Below the pieces are notes generated by a model that was not told the DNA's origin, did no database searches, and worked only from the letters and a program-made list of their open reading frames with translations. Both the position numbers and the translations under genes were made by a program. A stretch of 6,276 nucleotides of DNA from an archaeon (GTDB lineage Archaea > Iainarchaeota > Iainarchaeia > Iainarchaeales > CSSED10-239). The stretch lies in contig JBAWVI010000055.1 in the NCBI GenBank assembly GCA_037147375.1, positions 1-6,276 on the forward strand, written 5' to 3'. This document shows, piece by piece, positions 1 through 6,237 of the stretch (positions within the stretch are counted from its first letter, which is position 1; every line of letters starts with the position of its first letter).

Positions 1-3000
1 CAGTGTCTATATTTGATTTAAGAATAATATTTTTATCTTCTGCTCCTTGAGATAAATTGTAAAATATAGAATTTTTATCATTATTTAAGATAGATGAAGC
101 TAGTACATAACCTTTTGGATCTAAATCTCCTTTATTACCAATTGGAAGATAAATCATAGTTTTAAGAAGAGTATAATTTAAATCACTTGGAATATTAATA
201 TATCCATTTAAATCAACCTTGTGATATTTATACATCCCACTAGAATTTTGCATCATTACATCATCTGCTTGTCCAACATCATTAGAAATATTATAATCCC
301 AACTTAAGAATGGACTAAATAATATCCCTATTGGATTTTCTTGTGATGCTTCTTTTAATGTGTAATTTAATGGTTGATTAGGACATGCAAGTCTTGAATA
401 AACAGGAACAGGAATAGTTGGAGAGTATGTTAAATTTAAAGCCATATTTCCAGGTGTTGTACTTTCAAGAGATAAAGATAATAATTTACCATTAGTTCTT
501 TGAAGTAGCTTAAAGTATGATGAGTCAATTGATGTATATCCATAATTATTTACGTTAGCTATAATTAATTGACTTGAATTTTGGAATTCGTTTAAATCAA
601 TTTTATCTGTTGCATTAAGTCCACCATATACATTTATATTACTTGGATTTGTTGGTTTTGTTAAATAAGTTGTGCTAGTACCATAACCTTCTCTTACTCC
701 ATCTAATTCTCCAAGGCTTCCATCTATTGGAAGATAATAAAATATACTTTTATCATTTGATGATAAATCAGATATCTTAGTTAAAGTTATATCTAATGTA
801 GCACTTGGATTATAATAAATATCCATTAAATATAAACCAGGAACATATTGTGTATCATCTACTCTAGTAATATTAAACTCACCATTAGCATAGATTGCAT
901 TAATACTTTCTGTAATTGATTCAGGTACACCACCCATGAAATTAGGATTATTCATAAAATCATTTATAAGGTCTTCTGATGTTCCATCAGCCATTAAATA
1001 AATAGGATATTGCTTTGTGCAAGGATCTATTAGGCATTCACCTTCATTTGCAAGTCTATTTATTACTGAAATTAACATCTGACTTGAATCACAATAAAAC
1101 TTTTTATCTTTAGTAAATTTATCATCAGTTATACAACTCTCTGAATTTGGATTTAATCCTGACCATTCAATACCAGAACATACATTAGAACCTTTCCAAC
1201 AATATCTTACCTTTGGAACATTTGCTTTTCCACTTACACAATCTTCATCAACAGTACTACAAGATGCAAGAATAAATATATTACTTCCTGACTTTTGTGA
1301 TCCAACTCCTAAACAAAGACTATCTTTCAAACTAAGTTCAGGCGGTAATGGGTTTGGACCCACCACAGTTATTGCAACAACTAAATCTTTATTTGAATCA
1401 ATGTTTTCTCCTGCAATTTCATATATAAAATCAAGAACAAGCTTGTTACTTGGACCTAAATGATAATAACCAGGAGCAAAGAAATCATATTCTGAATTTA
1501 CAACAAGATTTACATCTACAAATATATTTAAATCAAAAGGCATAGCACTATGTGATTTAAGTACAAGTGGTATTGATGAACTATTTTTATCAATAATATC
1601 TGTTATTGTTATTGGATATGACTTTGTATTATTTTTTAAACGATAAACAATATTAGGAGTTTCACAATTATTTGTTTCTTGACAATCAATTAAAGGATTT
1701 GTTGGAGAATTTACTCTTGTAAATAAAGAATTATTATCAAATATTTCAAGATAAGTTACTTTGGTGTGTGTTAATTCATAAGTATTATCATATAATATAT
1801 TGAAATCAAGTTCAATTTCTTTTTCTCCAATAGTTGAACCTAATACCAAACTAACTGGCAAAGTAATAGTAAGTCCACTATCTGTTATTTCAGATCCAGC
1901 ATATTGACTTAAAGCTAGATTAATCTTAGAAATATTGACATCATTTGAGCCAACAGTTTGACTTGCAATAATATTATTTATTTTCATTACAGGAGAGGAT
2001 GCTGTTTTTCTAATAACATAATCAAGGTTAATATCTTCTTTAACATCCTTAATTAATTCAAGATGTGCTTTATTATCTTCTAAATATTTACCTTCAGAAT
2101 CAATTATTGGAGTTATATTTACATCCCCAAAATAATTAATATTAAGAGTTCCATTCACATCCAATTCTTGAACAACTGATTGATTACCATTTTGTCCAAT
2201 CAATAAATCATTTCTTAACCAAAAATTAACAAATGTATTCGAATTAATATTATTTTCATCAAGTGCAATAGATGCGTTAATATTTGTGAACTCATTAGTT
2301 ATTGGTTTATCCGGAAGATTATTTTCTTGTTCAATTAAATAATCTGTGTTTGCTAAATCGATTAATTGAACACCTCCTGTGCTTCCTCCAATAGCATAAA
2401 CAATTTGAAGTATAGGTGATGTTTCAGTTAACTTAACCACATTATAATCCTGTGAATTAACCATAATATTCTTTGAGCCATCAATAGTAACAACTTGTGC
2501 ATTATAATCAAGCACAACTGGTGCTACAAAATACCCTGACATGATGTTCTTTGTAATTGATAACATACTATTATTAAATCCAAAATTTGCATCAAACATA
2601 AATCTAAAATAAATATCTGATCCAATTAAATTATAGTCAACAAGTATATTTTTATCACGAAGAGAACCATCAACAGAAGTGTTACCTAAGAAATATTCAA
2701 TTCCAGGTGCATTTTGATATTCATATTTGATTCCAACATCTTTAAGTGGATTACCTAAATTATTATAAACAAAGAAATTAAGATCGTTCTCTCCTGCATA
2801 AATATTATTATTTCCAGATAAATCACTAGTTTCTATTTGAACAACATAATCAGTACCAAGAACATAAGCATATACAGGAATATTCACTGTTGCAAAGTTA
2901 TTGATTATATTTGTTTTCATTTTTGGAACAACTGAAGGTACAGTTTCAAAGAAGTTCTTTGCATGGAACACTGAATTTAAATCAAATAAATATCCTCTAA

Positions 3001-6000
3001 ATGAATTAACATCTGATATTAAGATATTTATATCATTATTCGTTGGTCTTGAGATTACTTGATTCTTATCTTTAAATATATATGAATTATATATTAAATT
3101 ACCTTTTGTATATTCACTTTCTTCTTTAATATTTCCTGATTTGTTTTGATTTTTCAAATGTAAGAATCTTAAATCATATCTATAATTTTTATTAATTTCT
3201 AAATAATAATCAGTACCATTCTTAACAAGTTCAGTTCCATTCATATCCTTTAGAGCCCAAGTTAATATATAATCTGTATTTGAAAATGGAACTTGAAATT
3301 TATTTGTTTTAGCATAGAAATAACCATTTGGAACTATTGACCAATTATTATATCCAGTAAATGTTGGTTCTAAATAAAATAATGGGTCATCATAAGATAA
3401 TGCTCTATAGCTTACTAAATAATCTGTAGTTGGAGCAATATCTCCTTTAAACTTAATATTAACTGAAAATTCAATTTGATCAACATTTGAATCTGTAAAA
3501 TCTATATCTATCCATTTCTCTCCAGGGCTAGCCCATGAATAATTGTGATCAACTGGATAATTTAAATTAAAGTAACTACTATTCCAATCAACTAACTCTC
3601 CTTGGAAAGCAAACCCTAATCTTTCATCTACATTTTGAGCAGTATAGTATGCTCCAAGTAAAACAATAGAATCATCATCTATTATTTTCTTAATTCCAGA
3701 TCTAATATGTGCGTATGCTAAATTTTTATTTGCAAGACAAGATGAGTACTTAAACTTTAATTTATATTCATCAGTAAGTGTATTATTATTAAAATCAATA
3801 TTTGGAACAAGATTAGATCCTGATTCATCATAAAACCCAAGGAATTCAACTTTTGCTTTTGAACAAGCAGAAAGTGAAGTTAAATTTATTACTTTATATG
3901 TTTCTTGACCAGGATAGATAATAATAATTTCAGTTTGATATGATGCATACCCTATTGCTCTAACTATTGCATAAACTTGAGAAGTATTTGTTGTAAATAT
4001 ATATTGTCTATTGTGATCAGGTAATTCATTAACCACGAAATCAGTAATTAAATCATTACTTGATGGACTAAAAAAATTAATATCATAGTTTTCTGGTGTG
4101 ACTTTTAAGTTTAATATTCTTGGAATATTTGTAAGTGGTACATTAAGTTGTAAAAATTTATTTGCATCTAATTGCTTTTCAGAAGAGGTTCCTTGCAAGT
4201 TATCAAATGGTTGAATAGCATATGCATAATACTTCTTTCCTGATCTCATTAATGGAAAGTTTACGTCTCCAGATGCATTAGTTATCTTTGGAGTTGGATT
4301 TATTAATATATCTCCTCCGCTATTCTTCTTAAATAAATAAACACTAGTATTTGCTATATTATTGGAACCAGAAGTTACGTTAACTCCAACAGTTCCTGAA
4401 TTAAGTGCAGAAGAATATTCTAATAAGATTACTATATTCTTATCAATACCATTTAAATCATATGGATCTGGTTGTATATACCCATTTTTTTCTGTGTTTG
4501 TTATAATTATTCTATAATTATAAGTATCAAGCACATTAAAGATTGTATGATTCTTGTCTATGCTTGTTTTTCCAAGATATTTGTAAGTTGCATTTGTATC
4601 TTTTATCTTACCCCATAAAGCAATGTCTCCATTAACAAGAGCATTACTATTCATATCCTTTAAGGTTACATCAATGTAGCCCATCTTACCTAAGATACAT
4701 GTTCCATCTGGTAAGAAAGTTAAATAAGGTTTAAGTATAGGATTATTACAATCAATCTTATTTTTATCACACAATGGTGCGTATAATGGTTTTGAACAAT
4801 TAAAATCATTTATGTTTTGTGTAGTTAATAATGTGTATTCAACAGATGTTGTGTTATTAATTGTAATTGTTAAGGGACTAGTCTTTGGTAAAAATAAATA
4901 ACCAATTGCATCAACACTAGTTAAATAAGTTCCTGGTGTTAAATCAAATAAAAACTTACCATAAACATCTGAGTTACCTGTTTTTAAAACAAATTCAGAT
5001 TCATCTATTGTTGTTGCTGATGAATCTGTTGCATAAACCTTAATTAATCCATTCTGTATACTATTTCCTGAAAGATTTTTTAACTTAACATTTAATTGTC
5101 CTTTTTCAGATAATACTTTGGTTAAATTTATTTTGTCATCTGCAGGAACAACAACGTTTGATATTTGTGCATAGTTGTCAGAAGTAACACTTGCTCTTAA
5201 TTCACCACATCCAGCAACCTGAGTAACAGTTACCTTACCACTTGTAACATATTTAAAACTTGGATTTGGTGTTTTTCCTGGTTTTGAACAAGTAAAGGTT
5301 ACAGATAATGGACTTAATATTAAAAGAGTTGAATTTTCTACAAATGATATAGTTCTTATTTTTTCTTCATTATCTCCAGAAAACAATAATTCTTCAGTAT
5401 TAATTTCTAGAACAATTTCTTTTGATAATTCATTTTTATTTAATTTAAAATCAATAGTTTTTGTAAGATACATATTCTTTGATGCAAGAAGTTTAATATC
5501 TGACTTAGATTTCGCCTTAAAATCTTCAAACCTTGCATCTCCAAATGCATCAGTTTCAGATGAAACTAAATTTTTATCTTTTACAATAAGTAAAACATTA
5601 ACTCCTGATAAATCAGATCCGCTTGAATCAGTAACATGAACACCTATATTCCACACCTTTGCGTGTGGCATAAGTAACCAAATTAAAAGTAAGAGAATAA
5701 TAATTAATAATATTATAAATAATATAAAACTAGGAAATACTTTATCAATCTTATCAGTTACTTTTGTAAGGCCAACAGACTCAATGAAATCATAATATTT
5801 ATCTTCACAAGCAAAGTATGCTTTCTTGAAAATATTTATTTTTTCTCCTTTCTTCTTAGAAACAGGAGTAATATTCTTTGAAACTTTTGGTAAATCTTTT
5901 TTAGCTTCTTCTATCTTTTTTTCTTCTTTAATTTCTGCTTTATTTTGTGCTTTAACTGATTGAGAAAGCTCTTTAAGTATTTTTTCTTTATCAGCTTTAA

Positions 6001-6226
6001 CTTTTGCAACTTCTTTTGAGCCTAGTGCATCATCTCTAAAGCTATTATCTTTAAATTTATTAACTACTTGATTAGCAGTATTTTTTGAATATCCTTCAGC
6101 AAGTATAGCTGCCTTTACTTCATCACGAGTTAAGTTCTTTGTTTTATTAGATAGAGTACTAGCTAGAAAGTCTACTTCCTTTTTATTTGATTTAAATATA
6201 TTTTTTATTTTTTGGAGTATACTCAT
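1..6226 (-). CDS. Giant N-terminally membrane-anchored surface protein with tandem CarboxypepD_reg/PEGA-like beta-sandwich domains. More than 2,075 aa are visible and the 3' end is cut by the window edge. No specific family or gene name recognised.
   Basis: I read the + strand in triplets starting at positions equal to 2 mod 3, from 2 to 6226. None is tta, cta or tca, so the minus strand has no TAA, TAG or TGA in 2,075 consecutive codons. The ATG is at 6226-6224. An in-frame TAA at 6238-6236 rules out a longer N-terminal extension. AAGGA lies 6 nt upstream of the ATG. A/T-ending codon bias (AAA, AAT, TTA, GGA, AGA) is uniform along the ORF. The translation begins MSILQKIKNIFKSNKKEVDFLAST and reaches ...EDKNIILKSNIDT at position 2. 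Position 1 is the first base of the next codon. Confidence 0.93.
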   Translation of the reverse strand, partial: MSILQKIKNIFKSNKKEVDFLASTLSNKTKNLTRDEVKAAILAEGYSKNTANQVVNKFKDNSFRDDALGSKEVAKVKADKEKILKELSQSVKAQNKAEIKEEKKIEEAKKDLPKVSKNITPVSKKKGEKINIFKKAYFACEDKYYDFIESVGLTKVTDKIDKVFPSFILFIILLIIILLLLIWLLMPHAKVWNIGVHVTDSSGSDLSGVNVLLIVKDKNLVSSETDAFGDARFEDFKAKSKSDIKLLASKNMYLTKTIDFKLNKNELSKEIVLEINTEELLFSGDNEEKIRTISFVENSTLLILSPLSVTFTCSKPGKTPNPSFKYVTSGKVTVTQVAGCGELRASVTSDNYAQISNVVVPADDKINLTKVLSEKGQLNVKLKNLSGNSIQNGLIKVYATDSSATTIDESEFVLKTGNSDVYGKFLFDLTPGTYLTSVDAIGYLFLPKTSPLTITINNTTSVEYTLLTTQNINDFNCSKPLYAPLCDKNKIDCNNPILKPYLTFLPDGTCILGKMGYIDVTLKDMNSNALVNGDIALWGKIKDTNATYKYLGKTSIDKNHTIFNVLDTYNYRIIITNTEKNGYIQPDPYDLNGIDKNIVILLEYSSALNSGTVGVNVTSGSNNIANTSVYLFKKNSGGDILINPTPKITNASGDVNFPLMRSGKKYYAYAIQPFDNLQGTSSEKQLDANKFLQLNVPLTNIPRILNLKVTPENYDINFFSPSSNDLITDFVVNELPDHNRQYIFTTNTSQVYAIVRAIGYASYQTEIIIIYPGQETYKVINLTSLSACSKAKVEFLGFYDESGSNLVPNIDFNNNTLTDEYKLKFKYSSCLANKNLAYAHIRSGIKKIIDDDSIVLLGAYYTAQNVDERLGFAFQGELVDWNSSYFNLNYPVDHNYSWASPGEKWIDIDFTDSNVDQIEFSVNIKFKGDIAPTTDYLVSYRALSYDDPLFYLEPTFTGYNNWSIVPNGYFYAKTNKFQVPFSNTDYILTWALKDMNGTELVKNGTDYYLEINKNYRYDLRFLHLKNQNKSGNIKEESEYTKGNLIYNSYIFKDKNQVISRPTNNDINILISDVNSFRGYLFDLNSVFHAKNFFETVPSVVPKMKTNIINNFATVNIPVYAYVLGTDYVVQIETSDLSGNNNIYAGENDLNFFVYNNLGNPLKDVGIKYEYQNAPGIEYFLGNTSVDGSLRDKNILVDYNLIGSDIYFRFMFDANFGFNNSMLSITKNIMSGYFVAPVVLDYNAQVVTIDGSKNIMVNSQDYNVVKLTETSPILQIVYAIGGSTGGVQLIDLANTDYLIEQENNLPDKPITNEFTNINASIALDENNINSNTFVNFWLRNDLLIGQNGNQSVVQELDVNGTLNINYFGDVNITPIIDSEGKYLEDNKAHLELIKDVKEDINLDYVIRKTASSPVMKINNIIASQTVGSNDVNISKINLALSQYAGSEITDSGLTITLPVSLVLGSTIGEKEIELDFNILYDNTYELTHTKVTYLEIFDNNSLFTRVNSPTNPLIDCQETNNCETPNIVYRLKNNTKSYPITITDIIDKNSSSIPLVLKSHSAMPFDLNIFVDVNLVVNSEYDFFAPGYYHLGPSNKLVLDFIYEIAGENIDSNKDLVVAITVVGPNPLPPELSLKDSLCLGVGSQKSGSNIFILASCSTVDEDCVSGKANVPKVRYCWKGSNVCSGIEWSGLNPNSESCITDDKFTKDKKFYCDSSQMLISVINRLANEGECLIDPCTKQYPIYLMADGTSEDLINDFMNNPNFMGGVPESITESINAIYANGEFNITRVDDTQYVPGLYLMDIYYNPSATLDITLTKISDLSSNDKSIFYYLPIDGSLGELDGVREGYGTSTTYLTKPTNPSNINVYGGLNATDKIDLNEFQNSSQLIIANVNNYGYTSIDSSYFKLLQRTNGKLLSLSLESTTPGNMALNLTYSPTIPVPVYSRLACPNQPLNYTLKEASQENPIGILFSPFLSWDYNISNDVGQADDVMMQNSSGMYKYHKVDLNGYINIPSDLNYTLLKTMIYLPIGNKGDLDPKGYVLASSILNNDKNSIFYNLSQGAEDKNIILKSNIDT
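1019..1315 (-). other. Cysteine-rich module (aa 1638-1736; 9 Cys in 99 aa)
   Basis: The segment is CLGVGSQKSGSNIFILASCSTVDEDCVSGKANVPKVRYCWKGSNVCSGIEWSGLNPNSESCITDDKFTKDKKFYCDSSQMLISVINRLANEGECLIDPC. Cys codons fall at aa 1638, 1656, 1663, 1676, 1683, 1698, 1712, 1731 and 1736. I checked the end coordinates against the + strand ('aca' at 1313-1315, 'gca' at 1019-1021). The other ~1,976 visible residues contain only 12 Cys. Confidence 0.7.
2597..2785 (-). other. Isolated additional CarboxypepD_reg-like unit inside the central region (aa ~1148-1210)
   Basis: DLNFFVYNNLGNPLKDVGIKYEYQNAPGIEYFLGNTSVDGSLRDKNILVDYNLIGSDIYFRF carries the v-x-d-x-x-G-x-P-L-x-x-V-x-I...T-x-x-D-G pattern. The match is weaker than in the N-terminal array. 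Confidence 0.4.
3881..5656 (-). other. Membrane-proximal array of diverged CarboxypepD_reg/PEGA-like beta-sandwich units (aa ~191-782)
   Basis: Unit 1 (aa 191-265, nt 5432-5656) is the best match: GVHVTDSSGSDLSGVNVLLIVKDKNLVSSETDAFGDARFEDF fits the classical V-x-V-x-D-x-x-G-x-x-L-x-G-V-x-V...TD-x-x-G-x-x-x-F pattern. A PEGA-like unit spans aa ~290-370 (nt 5117-5359): GKVTVTQVAGCGELRASVTSDNYAQISNVVVPADDKINL. Unit at aa 376-468 (nt 4823-5101): LNVKLKNLSGNSIQNGLIKVYATD...GNSDVYGKFLFDLTPGTYLTSVDAIGY. Unit at aa 515-604 (nt 4415-4684): IDVTLKDMNSNALVNGDIALWGK...YNYRIIITNTEKNGY. Unit at aa 611-698 (nt 4133-4396): VGVNVTSGSNNIANTSVYLFKK...TNASGDVNFPLMRSGKKYYAYAIQ. A PEGA-like unit spans aa 703-782 (nt 3881-4120): LNLKVTPENYDINFF...VYAIVRAIGYASYQTEIIIIYPGQETYKVINL. 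The assignment rests on motif recognition only. Unit borders are approximate. Confidence 0.65.
4697..4798 (-). other. Short four-cysteine linker between beta-sandwich units (aa 477-510)
   Basis: The segment is CSKPLYAPLCDKNKIDCNNPILKPYLTFLPDGTC, with Cys at 477, 486, 493 and 510. The flanking sequence is Cys-free. Confidence 0.5.
5669..5737 (-). other. Single transmembrane helix / uncleaved signal anchor (aa 164-186)
   Basis: The segment FPSFILFIILLIIILLLLIWLLM is 23 consecutive residues with no charged side chain. It is flanked by KIDKV on the N side and PHAKVW on the C side. I saw no comparable hydrophobic stretch elsewhere in the 2,075 aa. Confidence 0.85.
5738..6226 (-). other. Predicted cytoplasmic N-terminal head (aa 1-163): a small helical N-terminal segment, a Lys/Glu-rich helical or disordered stretch (aa ~71-135, nt 5822-6016), and a juxtamembrane motif (aa 136-163)
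   Basis: The translation contains KEVAKVKADKEKILKELSQSVKAQNKAEIKEEKKIEEAKKDLPKVSKNITPVSKKKGEKINIFKK. This is strongly net-positive and lies upstream of the only hydrophobic segment, so the positive-inside rule places it in the cytoplasm. There is no signal-peptide-like h-region near residue 1. Confidence 0.6.
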
Positions 6227-6232
6227 ATTTAT

Positions 6233-6237
6233 TCCTT
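6233..6237 (-). promoter_or_regulatory. Shine-Dalgarno-like ribosome-binding site (AAGGA)
   Basis: The minus strand reads AATAAGGAATAAATATG. AAGGA (6237->6233) is separated from the ATG (6226) by the 6-nt spacer ATAAAT. The motif is short and sits in an A-rich context, so a chance occurrence is possible. Confidence 0.45.

Noticed and set aside
2372-2392. Gly-rich AIGGSTGGV (aa 1278-1286) as a possible nucleotide-binding P-loop
   Set aside because: It does not fit Walker A (GxxxxGK[ST]), having no Lys-Ser/Thr. It also lies in the predicted extracellular region. A beta-turn or loop is more likely.
4485-4491. Homopolymer runs inside the CDS as possible slipped-strand phase-variation switches. 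These are T7 on the + strand at 4485-4491, T7 at 5916-5922, and T6-A-T6 at 6201-6213.
   Set aside because: Runs of 6-7 A/T are expected by chance in ~29% GC DNA with abundant AAA/AAT codons. Known contingency tracts are usually longer. Nothing else marks them as functional.
4877-4891. LPKTS (aa 446-450), which resembles a sortase LPXTG-type sorting motif
   Set aside because: It sits in the middle of a beta-sandwich unit more than 1,600 residues from the C-terminus. It lacks the required downstream hydrophobic segment and basic tail, and the final residue is S rather than G.
2-5668. High density of N-X-S/T sequons in the extracellular part (about 39 by hand count) as evidence for heavy archaeal-type N-glycosylation
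   Set aside because: Asn is roughly one residue in eight or nine, and Ser plus Thr make up roughly 14%. About 30 sequons are therefore expected by chance. The excess is not convincing without proper statistics or conservation data.
2-6226. Eukaryotic (Plasmodium/Dictyostelium-like) or giant-virus origin, suggested by the AT-rich, Asn-rich sequence
   Set aside because: There are no long Asn or Lys homopolymer runs (maximum NNN). The reading frame is continuous and intron-free. An SD-like motif sits at correct spacing. CarboxypepD_reg/PEGA-type modules are typical of prokaryotic envelopes. This origin is not formally excluded without a homology search.
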